From assembly GCA_029258885.1 (NCBI GenBank), contig JAPDJW010000002.1:416001-480000 (forward strand): a stretch of DNA of 64,000 bases, given 5' to 3'. Shown here in pieces: positions 48,933-58,938 of this stretch. Numbering within the stretch: position 1 is the first letter of the stretch; each line of letters opens with the position of its first letter. The notes beneath the pieces were generated by a model. That model did not search any database. It saw only the letters and a program-made list of their open reading frames with translations, and had not been told where the DNA came from. Origin of the DNA: Thermoproteota archaeon. GTDB taxonomy: Archaea; Thermoproteota; Thermoprotei; Thermofilales; B9-G17. A program made the position numbers and the translations under genes.

Positions 48933-49961
48933 TTACGCCCCTTTTCTTCTAAAGTAAATCTCGAGCGCAAGGATAGGTAATACGACTGCTAAGGTTGGTG
49001 AAAATAGGAGTATATAGGGCATTATAAATCTTAAGCTGAATCCCGGCCTTAATATAAGGTCTCTATCAAGTTTATCTGCGGGACCCTCGTAGTATATGAG
49101 CGTGGCCCACACTTTATTATATCCCTTAAATAGGTTGGCCAGATCCTTATCTGCTTCAGCTATTTTATCTATACTAATCAGTTTTTCGTTTAAGATTTTG
49201 AAGCCTAGAGACTCGATTTGTTCCGGTGGAATTCTATCTTTCGTAACTATAAATAGCCTTATCTGCGTTTCGCCGGATAATGTCTTAGAAACTCTAAGAG
49301 GATAATATATACAGTCGCTAGCAAACTTATATTTAAGAGGCATAATGTAGGTGGAGAATACTCCAATTTCAACTACATCAATCGCAAAATATTGGTATCC
49401 ATCATCAATATAATCGTTAAGCACACTAATATACTCGGACACGTTAGCTACCTTTGGAGGATCTATGCTCCTGGATCTACAGTAGTTTACAATCCAATCA
49501 TATAGGTCTTCTCCCGAATCAGCTTCAAGTAATGTAATAGTATGAGGACCTATCCGCTTACTATATATCACCTCAACACCGCCACGCAAAGTAAATGTTC
49601 CGAATGGATAGTAGCTCTTCATCATAAGCTTCTCAAACACGTAAAATGCCTTAATACTGGCTGCCTCAACACTAGGTATAGTCTTTAACGGAAGAACTTC
49701 CACTAGCTCTACTTTCTTGAATATATCCGGTTTCTGCGTAATGATTGCAGGACTAACAACGGTGGATAGTATCATTACTTCAGTTTCACCGTTCCATCCA
49801 ATAATCGCAACCTGCATCTCCTCCCTAACTTTAATCGGGAGTATCGGAATTATACACCTATCAGCTAACGCTACACTGGAATATAGCAGTAAAACTAACA
49901 TAATGGGTAGATATTTTCTCAACCGCATATGTAGAGTTAACTGAGATCCGATAATAAGCAT
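48933..49961 (-). CDS. Secreted/membrane-anchored DUF2330-like protein
   Basis: Signal peptide; Q.AIIGW...E.MILS; IGPH.IT; L.DY...GY.YFAID; PL...F; YPLR.S; C-terminal TM. Confidence 0.65.
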   Translation of the reverse strand: MLIIGSQLTLHMRLRKYLPIMLVLLLYSSVALADRCIIPILPIKVREEMQVAIIGWNGETEVMILSTVVSPAIITQKPDIFKKVELVEVLPLKTIPSVEAASIKAFYVFEKLMMKSYYPFGTFTLRGGVEVIYSKRIGPHTITLLEADSGEDLYDWIVNYCRSRSIDPPKVANVSEYISVLNDYIDDGYQYFAIDVVEIGVFSTYIMPLKYKFASDCIYYPLRVSKTLSGETQIRLFIVTKDRIPPEQIESLGFKILNEKLISIDKIAEADKDLANLFKGYNKVWATLIYYEGPADKLDRDLILRPGFSLRFIMPYILLFSPTLAVVLPILALEIYFRRKGA

Positions 49962-50127
49962 TATTTATGTTCAAAAATAGCACATCAGCCTGAATAAAAT
50001 TCGCAAGCTAATAGCAAAAGCTTGAGCTGGTGTCGAAAACCTAAATGCAAAAGGAATTTTGTGCTCTCTATAATAAGCTGGGCATAATGCTTAAATATTA
50101 GCCTAACACTAGAATTTCTAGGCTAAT

Positions 50128-50182
50128 ACTGATGATGAAGGTTAAAAGCTAAGATCGATGATTGAAACCTGGCTTCTGAATC
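50128..50182 (+). ncRNA. C/D-box methylation guide sRNA
   Basis: C ATGATGA (50132-50138) - aggttaaaagct - degenerate D' AAGA - C' GATGATT - gaaacctggctt - D CTGA (50176-50179). A TTAAATA box lies at 50091-50097. Confidence 0.65.
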
Positions 50183-50410
50183 TAAAATATGGTAAAATTT
50201 AAAACATACGATAATTTTTAAAAGAAAACCCCTACAAAAATATAAGGTTGACAATAACCAATAAAAAACGGAAACAAACGTATTAACACCGGCTTATTTG
50301 TAGTATTTTTTAGAGTTTATGCATGTTAAAGGAGTAAAAGAATGGAAATATAATTATCTGATTAGCAGAAAAAATGGTAATGTTTATGATATACTTGTTT
50401 CATAATATAC

Positions 50411-51553
50411 TTGGTGTGGAGTATGATCAGCAAGAAAGATATGAAAATCATACAAAAGTATCCGAAATTATTCATTAAGAATAATGCAAAAATTTTTAGC
50501 CTATTAAGAGAATATCCAAGGAATTTATCTGAAATAGCTAGGCAACTCAAAATGCCGACAGAGACTGTTAGAAGCAGAGTATTAAAGCTTGTTAATAGTG
50601 GATTGATAAAAATTACTGCTATAGTTGACTACTACAAGTTAGGTCTCGGAAATTATAAGGCTTTCGTTAAGCCTAAAGCCATTAAAGGTATAAACTTTAA
50701 GGATTTCTTTACAATAGCACCCTATACATATCTCAAGACCAAGGTTCTAGGACAGCTAAGCGGCTTCTATTTTGGATACAACTTCCCGCTAGATAAGGAG
50801 AGAATACTCTACGACTTCTACGAGGAGGCTAGAAGGGCAGGTCTATTAAAGGACTACAGTATCTTTAAGGTCACTACTCCACTATATGTATTCCCAGACT
50901 TCTCCAAGTACTTCGATACTAAGAGGAGGAGATGGAATATCGATTGGGATGCATGGGTCGACGCTGTACTTACGACGGAGAAAGTTGAGTTCCCTGAGTT
51001 GTCCGTTGTCTCAAAGAAGGCTACTTTTGACGAAATAGACTTAACGGCAATAGCTATGCTCCAGGAGAACGGCATGGTAAGATTTGCCTCAATAGCTAGG
51101 AATGCTGGCATAACCCTGCAGGGACTAAGATACCACTACTACGAGCACATAGAGGATAAGAAGCTGATACTAGGATATCACGTCGACTTCTACCCGTATC
51201 CACCGATTCTCTGTAATGAGTATGTGCTTTGGATTTCATTCACAAGTGAAAAGAACATGTTCAGGTTCGTCGGTGCATCAGTGGATAAGCCATTCATGAA
51301 GATGTTCGAAAGAATTATAGGAGAGAATGAGCTGCTAACCACAGCTGTCCTGCCAGTGTTCGATCAAACGAAGTTCTTCAGGAGCCTAGAGAAGCTTGTC
51401 GACCTAGAGATAATATCATTCTATAAGGTAGGAATGCTGGATAAGGAGTCTCTCTACGAGGTATCAACGGTACCGCCAGGCAAGTATTATAGATCAGGTG
51501 CCTGGACTGTCTACGAGAGCAGGATAATGAATAAGATAAAGAGAGTATCCTAA
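50411..51553 (+). CDS. Long tandem Lrp/AsnC-like HTH transcriptional regulator
   Basis: N-terminal HTH (NLSEIARQLKMPTETVRSRV..L); a second HTH (DEIDL.AIAMLQENG...FASIARNAGITLQGLRYHY). Confidence 0.7.
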   Translation: MVWSMISKKDMKIIQKYPKLFIKNNAKIFSLLREYPRNLSEIARQLKMPTETVRSRVLKLVNSGLIKITAIVDYYKLGLGNYKAFVKPKAIKGINFKDFFTIAPYTYLKTKVLGQLSGFYFGYNFPLDKERILYDFYEEARRAGLLKDYSIFKVTTPLYVFPDFSKYFDTKRRRWNIDWDAWVDAVLTTEKVEFPELSVVSKKATFDEIDLTAIAMLQENGMVRFASIARNAGITLQGLRYHYYEHIEDKKLILGYHVDFYPYPPILCNEYVLWISFTSEKNMFRFVGASVDKPFMKMFERIIGENELLTTAVLPVFDQTKFFRSLEKLVDLEIISFYKVGMLDKESLYEVSTVPPGKYYRSGAWTVYESRIMNKIKRVS

Positions 51554-51855
51554 ATAACGCCTAAAAACCTTTTTCTTTTAATTTCTATCGTTAATACTCC
51601 ATTTTTATACTTCGCTTTAGCTGTCTCCGGAATAACCTCCTGTTTAAGCCTTATTATAGCATAGTACTTTATGTCGTAGCCTATAGCTGATATGACTACT
51701 TCATGTCTCCCAACTTCCACGCTTATCTTATCCTTGTATGCACCTGGCATATCCACAACAATTAGGAGTTTTCCTCCCTCAGAAATTATCTCATAATAGG
51801 GCTCAACAACATTTATTGTGTCATATCTCCAGTTCCTATACAATTTAGCCCCCAT
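51550..51855 (-). CDS. Small heat-shock protein (Hsp20)
   Basis: VVDMPG..KDKI.V and AKAKYKNGVLTIEI alpha-crystallin motifs. Confidence 0.88.
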   Translation of the reverse strand: MGAKLYRNWRYDTINVVEPYYEIISEGGKLLIVVDMPGAYKDKISVEVGRHEVVISAIGYDIKYYAIIRLKQEVIPETAKAKYKNGVLTIEIKRKRFLGVI

Positions 51856-51908
51856 GATAATTATGAGGAACAGATATTTTAAATGTTCGACGGCTAAATT
51901 AAGGCTAA

Positions 51909-52682
51909 TTACATATAGTATCTAGGCGGTGCCTCGCCCTTCTTCTCCTTCTTTATTTTAGCTAACTGGCTAAGTTTCTCCGCTATAGTTGCCTTCATCT
52001 TCATATCTTCAATAACCTTATCTATCTTCGTGAAGTCGATTTTAAGATTAAACATCTCCGTTACAATCTTTATCACGTTCTTAGCTGCAATAACATCTGG
52101 ATAAAGCTGAGTAATACTGCCTAATAGACTAAACGCCTTTATATTATGGAGTTTAGCCAGACCGAGCATTATACCACATGCACCAGTAACCGCGCCGCCT
52201 TGAGATAATTTGACTCCATACTTCTTCAGGAGATTAGCTAAGTCCTCACTTGTAGCTACGCCAAAGACATTATATTTTCCGCTAACTGATGTTGTTCCAC
52301 CAAGTGTAACTATCATCTGAAGACCATATTTCGACGCATATTCTATTACCTTCTCAGCCACCGTATACTGTGCCCATGATACTGGCTGAGTATCTCCAGC
52401 TAAGAATATTATGTTCTTATCTCCTTTATAGGCATAAAATTCGTACTTTGGTAAGGATACGATACCCTTGTAATTAATTATAACCCCCGATTTACCATCT
52501 GGAAGAAGTAAATAGTCGGAGTATAGTTCGGCTATCTTGACAGGATTTAAAACTTCAATCATATAATCTACTGCAATTTTACCCACGAATCCAAGGCCTG
52601 GTAGGCCTTGGATTAATATAACGTCCTTTAAATCCATCTTTTCAAGCTCTATAATTTTAATCCAACCCACTAATCTTATCAC
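51909..52682 (-). CDS. PAC2-family proteasome assembly chaperone
   Basis: GLPGLGFVGKIA.DY, LAGDTQP, TLGG and G.VTGACG. Confidence 0.88.
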   Translation of the reverse strand: MIRLVGWIKIIELEKMDLKDVILIQGLPGLGFVGKIAVDYMIEVLNPVKIAELYSDYLLLPDGKSGVIINYKGIVSLPKYEFYAYKGDKNIIFLAGDTQPVSWAQYTVAEKVIEYASKYGLQMIVTLGGTTSVSGKYNVFGVATSEDLANLLKKYGVKLSQGGAVTGACGIMLGLAKLHNIKAFSLLGSITQLYPDVIAAKNVIKIVTEMFNLKIDFTKIDKVIEDMKMKATIAEKLSQLAKIKKEKKGEAPPRYYM

Positions 52683-52806
52683 CTCTAGCCATGTAGGTAG
52701 TATAACCCTTTCTATAAAAATATTTCCTAGTACATTTAATGTTATATTGCCATTGCCTTTTAACTACAGTAAACGGATATAGAAACATTAAGCTTATCTT
52801 AACTGT

Positions 52807-53979
52807 CTAATAGTAATCGCCTAGTAGCCATATGTTGCCTATGTTAATGTTCTTTAATCCTTCCTCCTTGGCTGCATTAAGACATTCAAGGGCATGAATC
52901 CTGCTCGTAGGAGGCAAATCGGTCAGCATATAGTCTGGGTGAAAAGCTAAGAGAGAGTACGGTATCTCGGGGTCTATGCTTGCAATAAAGCGAGCTATCA
53001 TCCTAACCTCGTATACGTCAACATACCCGGGAACCAGGAGGGTACTAGCCATTACTAATGGAACTTCAGGTCTTTCATCAATGTATTTACATGCAAGCTT
53101 AAAGTTCTCAAATAGCATCTTATTGCTAACGCCGGTTAACGCTTCATATATGGATGGAGTCCAAGCCTTTATATCGAACTTAAATATACCCCCGCTTTCA
53201 AGGGATAATTTAACAGCCACCTCGAGGAGCTTTGGATTCATTAAGCCGTTAGTTTCCCAGCATATTCTGAGAATTCTCCCGTCGTCCCTAGCCTTCTTCA
53301 ATGCAATTCTGGAGGTAGCTATTGCGTGAATAATCTGGGGAGATGGATCTCCACCGAAAAAACATATACATGTAACTTTATCGTGTACTTTTGACGCAAG
53401 CTCCCGTGCGCTCATTAATGGCTTTAACTTGCGTGTATTCTCTCTGTAGCTCCAGTTCTGACAAAATATACAGTCCAAATTGCATGCGCCATAGAATACT
53501 GCGAGATTATAGAACCCCCTCTCGCCGTCACTCTTAACAGCATATTTAGGGTAGCCTAAGCCGGTAGTAGCTGGACAGAACCATTCAGCTACGCAGTTCG
53601 TGGGCAAGGGATCGTAGTAGTAGTCGACTACGGCCTTATCGGGAAATCCGGCGTATCGATAGAGCCTGCCATTCCTGTTTTCGACAAGCCCGCAGAATCC
53701 CTTCTCGCCCTCCTTGAGCTCACATTCATTAGCGCAAATATTACATTTAACGCTCCCCCCTTTAGGTGGGGAACCGGGGAGGCCGTATCTACCTCTACTG
53801 ATGACGTGGCTTCTTCTGGCTATTGCTAATGCTTCCTCGGGGTTATTCCTTAGACACTCGCTGCAGACTCCAATAACCTCGGATATGACTACGTCCTCCC
53901 TGCCACATAGCTTACACTTCTTCTTCCTAGTATTATATCCCGTAAACCTGAGGAACATTTTCTCGTACTCTATATTCAT
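52807..53979 (-). CDS. Radical SAM protein (PFL-activase-like, AmrS-related) with N-terminal Cys clusters
   Basis: CKLC, CSEC, CNICANEC; DPLPTNCVA; CNLDCIFCQNW; CFFGGDP; WETNG; FHP.Y. Confidence 0.85.
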   Translation of the reverse strand: MNIEYEKMFLRFTGYNTRKKKCKLCGREDVVISEVIGVCSECLRNNPEEALAIARRSHVISRGRYGLPGSPPKGGSVKCNICANECELKEGEKGFCGLVENRNGRLYRYAGFPDKAVVDYYYDPLPTNCVAEWFCPATTGLGYPKYAVKSDGERGFYNLAVFYGACNLDCIFCQNWSYRENTRKLKPLMSARELASKVHDKVTCICFFGGDPSPQIIHAIATSRIALKKARDDGRILRICWETNGLMNPKLLEVAVKLSLESGGIFKFDIKAWTPSIYEALTGVSNKMLFENFKLACKYIDERPEVPLVMASTLLVPGYVDVYEVRMIARFIASIDPEIPYSLLAFHPDYMLTDLPPTSRIHALECLNAAKEEGLKNINIGNIWLLGDYY

Positions 53980-54077
53980 ATATTCACTGATAAAGCTAGC
54001 GAGCCAATATTGTTGGCTTAAGGTTAGCGAAACACTCTTATGTCAATTAACTGAAAATAGTATATTGTAGTGGTAGT

Positions 54078-55133
54078 ATGGAAAAGAATATTCATGAGGC
54101 AAGATACTATAGGGAACTCGAGGATAATGTCGTTCAATGCTATGTTTGTGCTCACAAGTGTATCATAAAGCCTGGTGGAAGAGGCATATGTCTAGCTAGA
54201 GAAAACATAGATGGTAAACTCTACCTGCTAGTCTACGGGAGAATTTCTGCTATGAGTATAGATCCAATCGAGAAGAAGCCTCTCTTCCACTGGTATCCCG
54301 GCTCTCCAACATTCAGCATCAGCACAGTCGGATGCAACTTTAGGTGTCCTTGGTGTCAAAATCATGACATCTCTCGAGCTGATCCGAAGGAGGTGCACCT
54401 TAGATACGTGCCCCCGGAAGAGGTGGTTAGATTAGCGGTTAAGTACGAGTGTCCTTCAATATCAATAACTTATAATGAGCCTATAATATGGTTTGAATAT
54501 GGTATAGATGTAGCGAAGCTTGCTTCAAAACATGACTTAAAAATAGTGTTCGTCACTAACGGCTATTTCAGCGAGGAAATAGTATCCGAGGCGGCAAAGT
54601 ATATACATGCAGCAAATGTTGATGTTAAGGCCTTCAAGGAGGAGACCTATAGGAGATATATCGGTGCAAGGCTTCAGCCAGTACTCGACGCGATAGTAGC
54701 GTTAAAGGAGAAGGGAGTACATGTAGAGACAACGTATCTAGTCATACCCGACCTAAACGATGATCCTAAGGAAATAGAAGCTATGGCTAAGTGGCATTTA
54801 GAAAACTTAGGCCCAGATACTCCGTTGCATATAAGCAGGTTTTTCCCTCACTATAAGTTTCTGGATAGACCTCCAACGCCCATAGAAACCCTAGTGAGAG
54901 CATACAAGATAGCGAAAGAGGTAGGCCTAAACTACGTATATCTCGGAAACGTTCCAGGGCACTCCGGCGAGAACACTTATTGTCCCTCATGCGGAAAAAT
55001 GCTCATTAGAAGAATAGGGTTCTACATAAGCGAATGGAATCTAACAGATGACAACAAATGCAAGTACTGTGGAGCCAAAATATCAGTAGTAGGGAAGTAT
55101 CTAAAAGCTAAAAGATGGAGCTGGCTCTGGTAA
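54078..55133 (+). CDS. amrS: AmmeMemoRadiSam system radical SAM enzyme
   Basis: C.VCAHKC...GIC..REN; DPIEKKPLFHWYPG; GCNFRCPWCQN; TYNEP; H.SRFFP.YK; T.CP.CG; C..CG. Confidence 0.9.
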   Translation: MEKNIHEARYYRELEDNVVQCYVCAHKCIIKPGGRGICLARENIDGKLYLLVYGRISAMSIDPIEKKPLFHWYPGSPTFSISTVGCNFRCPWCQNHDISRADPKEVHLRYVPPEEVVRLAVKYECPSISITYNEPIIWFEYGIDVAKLASKHDLKIVFVTNGYFSEEIVSEAAKYIHAANVDVKAFKEETYRRYIGARLQPVLDAIVALKEKGVHVETTYLVIPDLNDDPKEIEAMAKWHLENLGPDTPLHISRFFPHYKFLDRPPTPIETLVRAYKIAKEVGLNYVYLGNVPGHSGENTYCPSCGKMLIRRIGFYISEWNLTDDNKCKYCGAKISVVGKYLKAKRWSWLW

Positions 55134-55164
55134 CTTTACTAGCTTTAGAGCAATGGGGTAGTAT

Positions 55165-55833
55165 TTGAACCATCTAGTTATGGCCATCTTAACGTATATA
55201 GCTATAGTATGCATAAACCTAACTAAATTCACATTTGAATTTCATGCGGCGAATACTCTTTCATACATCATAATGATCTTAAGCTACCTATATTCATCTC
55301 GAGCGGATTATAGGCGGAGGATAGTGAATTTCTATTCGTCAATGAAAAGCGGAGCATTTTATGCCTTAATACCGCATGCCTTTAACCTAGCTATCCTAGG
55401 GACAAGCGGTTACGCGCAAATAACTGGATACAGTTATCCAATACTGCAAATACTATCATGCACCGTATCGTCGTTTTCGGAAGAGCTCTACTTTAGATTC
55501 TTCCTCTACGAGAATTTTCAAAAGGCGGTTGGCAGAATAACATTTTCGATAATAGTTGTATCTGCCATGTTTTCTATATATCACCTTCCGCCGAAACTTG
55601 ACATTACTCTGACAATATTTATATCAAGTTATTTTATAATGGGAGTTATACTCCAGGAACTATACATAAGAGATGGATTACTAACTCCCATCCTATTTCA
55701 TACGGCGTTTAACCTGATAGGTGGAGTATATGCAATAAGCCTAAACACTCTCGCGTCAATAATTTACAACTCAACACTAACTCTGGCATTAGTGGTTTTT
55801 ATGATAGCTAATAATATTTCTGCTGATGCTTAA
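55165..55833 (+). CDS. CPBP (Abi/CAAX) intramembrane glutamic protease
   Basis: SEELYFR, FSIYH and HTAFN motifs; multi-TM. Confidence 0.8.
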   Translation: MNHLVMAILTYIAIVCINLTKFTFEFHAANTLSYIIMILSYLYSSRADYRRRIVNFYSSMKSGAFYALIPHAFNLAILGTSGYAQITGYSYPILQILSCTVSSFSEELYFRFFLYENFQKAVGRITFSIIVVSAMFSIYHLPPKLDITLTIFISSYFIMGVILQELYIRDGLLTPILFHTAFNLIGGVYAISLNTLASIIYNSTLTLALVVFMIANNISADA

Positions 55834-56017
55834 TAGTTTTCTTGGTTGACTATATAGGGTTTAAGTTGTTTAGGCTGTAGTAAAGTATTTATAAACTATT
55901 TATAATGTAATATTCTGCCGTCTGGGGTGGTTACATACGCTATACCTATCCTAGTCTTTTGAAAGGGAAAGAATTTTTCTATATCCTAGAATATAGTCTC
56001 CTTCTGGTGATGCCCTG

Positions 56018-58840
56018 ATGCTGAGTTTCCACTCTATAGAGGAGAAGTGGCAGAGAAGGTGGGAGGATGCAAGAATATTCGAAGCGGATCCTGATCCAAG
56101 TAGACCTAAGGTCTTCGTGACCTTCCCGTATCCCTACCTAAACGGTCCACTACACTTGGGACATGCCTATACGTGTACGAAAGTCGATATCTATGCTAGG
56201 TTTAAGAGGATGCAGGGATACAATGTGCTCTTCCCACAGGGATGGCATGCTACAGGCGAGCCTATCCAGGGCGTAGCTGAAAGGGTTAAGCTTGGGGATA
56301 AAGTTCAGATAAAAATACTGCTCGACAGCGGTGTTCCGGAAAGCGAGATACAGAAGTTTACAGATCCCAAGTATATAGCTGAATACTACCGTAAGTTAGC
56401 GAAAAGGGATATGAAGAGAATGGGTTACTCGATAGACTGGAGGAGGGAGTTCATAACTACGACCTTAACGCCCACGTATAGCCGTTTCATAGAGTGGCAA
56501 TACAATACTCTTAGAAAGAAGGGCTATGTCACTAGGGGAACTCACCCGGTTATATGGTGTCCTAGGTGTCAAAGTCCAACAGGTGATCATGATAGGCTTG
56601 AGGGGGAGGGTGTCTCACCCATAGAATACGTGTTACTGAAGTTCAGGTATAACGATGCATACCTCATGGCTGCGACCCTCAGGCCTGAAACGATATACGG
56701 AGTTACTAACATGTGGATTAATCCCGATGCAGACTATGTTCTAGCGCTCGTGGATGGAGAGAAGTGGATAGTAAGTAAGGCTACGGTTATAAAGCTAATC
56801 GACCAGCTCAGGGACGTTAAGGTACTGGAGGAATTTAAGGGGGCTAAATTAATAGGAAAGAAGTGTTGGAACCCCGTTAGGAAGGAGTACATCTACATAC
56901 TTCCAGCGTACTTCATAGATCCAGAGACAGCCACCGGAGTAGTTATGAGCGTCCCCAGCCATGCACCGTACGACTATCTAGCTTTAAGGGATTTGAAGAG
57001 AAATCCGGAGGTGCTCAGGAAATTCAATATCGATCCGAAAGTACTGGAGGAGATAAAGCCTATATCCATAATAAGCGTTGAGGGGTTTGGCGAGCATCCA
57101 GCAATAGAGGTTGTCGAGAAACTTGGGGTAAGGGATCAAAATGATCCTAAGGCTGAGGAAGCAACCAAGGAGGTATACAGGAGAGAGTACCACATGGGTG
57201 TAATGAAGGATAACTGTGGACCATACGCTGGGGTGAAGGTATCTGAGATTAAAGATAAGTTAATCGAAGACTTTAAGAGGGAGAGAATCGCTGATATTCT
57301 CTGGGATCCGGCTGACGTCGTTATATGTAGATGCACTACTAGATGCCACGTTAAAATACTTAAGGACCAGTGGTTCTTGAGGTTTAGCGATGAGGAATGG
57401 AAGAATAAGGTTAGGGAGCATCTCAGGAATATGCGTATTATACCTGAGGAGGCTAGAGAGGCCTTCGAATACACGATCAACTGGCTCAAGGATAAGCCAT
57501 GCGCTAGAAGGACAGGATTAGGTACGCCTCTTCCATGGGATCCTGACTGGATAGTTGAGACCTTATCCGATAGCGTAATCTACATGGCATACTACACTAT
57601 AGCTAAACACATAAACAAGTATAAGATCCCTGCTGAAAAGTTAACCGACGAAGTCTTCGACTATATATTCTTAAATAAGGGCAACGTTGACGAAATAGCA
57701 GCTAGAGCTGGCTTAGATAAGGATCTTCTGGAGGATATGAAGAAGGAGTTCGAGTACTGGTATCCTGTGGATCTTAGAGTTAGCGCTAAGGAGCTGGTAT
57801 ATAACCATCTAACGTTCTTTCTCTTCCATCACGTAGCTATCTTCAGGCCCGAACATTGGCCTAGGGCGATTGGAGTAAATGGAATGATAATGGTTGAAGG
57901 GAGAAAGATGAGTAAAAGGCTCGGCAATTTCATAACCATAAATGAGCTCTTAACTAAATATGGTGCGGACGTAGCTAGGTTTGCTCTCGCATACTGCGGT
58001 GAGGGACTTGAGGATCCAGATTGGAGGTTTAAGGAGGTTGAGGCAATTAAGAGGCACCTAGAGGCATTCTATAACATGGCTACTTCTCTAAGTGAAATCA
58101 AGCTTATGGAGGAGGATGATATGGATAAATGGCTTAGAAGCAGGCTTCAGAGGCACATTAGGGATACTATAGAGCACCTAGAGAATCTGAGGACTAGAAG
58201 TGCCATACAGTCCGGCTTTTTCGAGATATTGGCGGATATAAGGTGGTATGTAAGGAGAAAGGGAGGATATGGGCCAGCATATATAGACGCTATTGAGACG
58301 ATTGTTAAGCTCATGGCGCCTATTATTCCACATATGGCAGAGGAGATATGGGAGAAGTGGGGCAGGGAGGGATTTATATCCTTAAGTAAATATCCGGAGT
58401 ATAGAGTGGAGTATGTGAACGAGAGAATAGAATTGAGGGAAGAGTACATTAAGAGAGTCTATGGGGATATTAAGGAGATAATTAGGGTAGTGAAGATTGA
58501 GAAGCCGAAGAAGCTTATCCTCTTTGTAGCTCCTAAGTGGAAGTATATAGTGTACAATGAGGCCATTAAGGACAAGGAGAATTTAATCAAAAGGGTTATG
58601 GCTATACCTGAGGTTAGGGAGAAGGGAGTTAAAGCGGTAAACTTTGTCAAGCAGCTGTTAAAGTTGGGTGTGGAAGATAAGATATTAACACAGGACGAGG
58701 AGTATGAGACGCTTATCTCAGCTATAGATTTCCTGAAAAAGGAATTTAAGCTGGAGGTTCAAGTTATAAAGGCTGAGTTTTCGGAGAATCCCAAGGCAGA
58801 AAAAGCTCTACCTATGAAACCTGGTATATTTATAAAGTAA
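56018..58840 (+). CDS. leuS: Leucine--tRNA ligase (archaeal type)
   Basis: FPYPYLNG.LHLGH (HIGH); SIDW.REF; editing domain ATLRPET and ATGVVMSVPSHAPYD; KMSKR.GN. Confidence 0.96.
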   Translation: MLSFHSIEEKWQRRWEDARIFEADPDPSRPKVFVTFPYPYLNGPLHLGHAYTCTKVDIYARFKRMQGYNVLFPQGWHATGEPIQGVAERVKLGDKVQIKILLDSGVPESEIQKFTDPKYIAEYYRKLAKRDMKRMGYSIDWRREFITTTLTPTYSRFIEWQYNTLRKKGYVTRGTHPVIWCPRCQSPTGDHDRLEGEGVSPIEYVLLKFRYNDAYLMAATLRPETIYGVTNMWINPDADYVLALVDGEKWIVSKATVIKLIDQLRDVKVLEEFKGAKLIGKKCWNPVRKEYIYILPAYFIDPETATGVVMSVPSHAPYDYLALRDLKRNPEVLRKFNIDPKVLEEIKPISIISVEGFGEHPAIEVVEKLGVRDQNDPKAEEATKEVYRREYHMGVMKDNCGPYAGVKVSEIKDKLIEDFKRERIADILWDPADVVICRCTTRCHVKILKDQWFLRFSDEEWKNKVREHLRNMRIIPEEAREAFEYTINWLKDKPCARRTGLGTPLPWDPDWIVETLSDSVIYMAYYTIAKHINKYKIPAEKLTDEVFDYIFLNKGNVDEIAARAGLDKDLLEDMKKEFEYWYPVDLRVSAKELVYNHLTFFLFHHVAIFRPEHWPRAIGVNGMIMVEGRKMSKRLGNFITINELLTKYGADVARFALAYCGEGLEDPDWRFKEVEAIKRHLEAFYNMATSLSEIKLMEEDDMDKWLRSRLQRHIRDTIEHLENLRTRSAIQSGFFEILADIRWYVRRKGGYGPAYIDAIETIVKLMAPIIPHMAEEIWEKWGREGFISLSKYPEYRVEYVNERIELREEYIKRVYGDIKEIIRVVKIEKPKKLILFVAPKWKYIVYNEAIKDKENLIKRVMAIPEVREKGVKAVNFVKQLLKLGVEDKILTQDEEYETLISAIDFLKKEFKLEVQVIKAEFSENPKAEKALPMKPGIFIK

Positions 58841-58938
58841 CTTTTTGTAATTAACTAAAATTTTTATATAAAAACTTAAACATTACATATATTTACTTTT
58901 AAATATATATTATCATTACTGAAGGGCGGGAATCAGCA

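Noticed and set aside
58861-58874. 14-bp palindrome TTTTTATATAAAAA
   Set aside because: Low-complexity A/T tract, adequately explained as terminator/TATA sequence.
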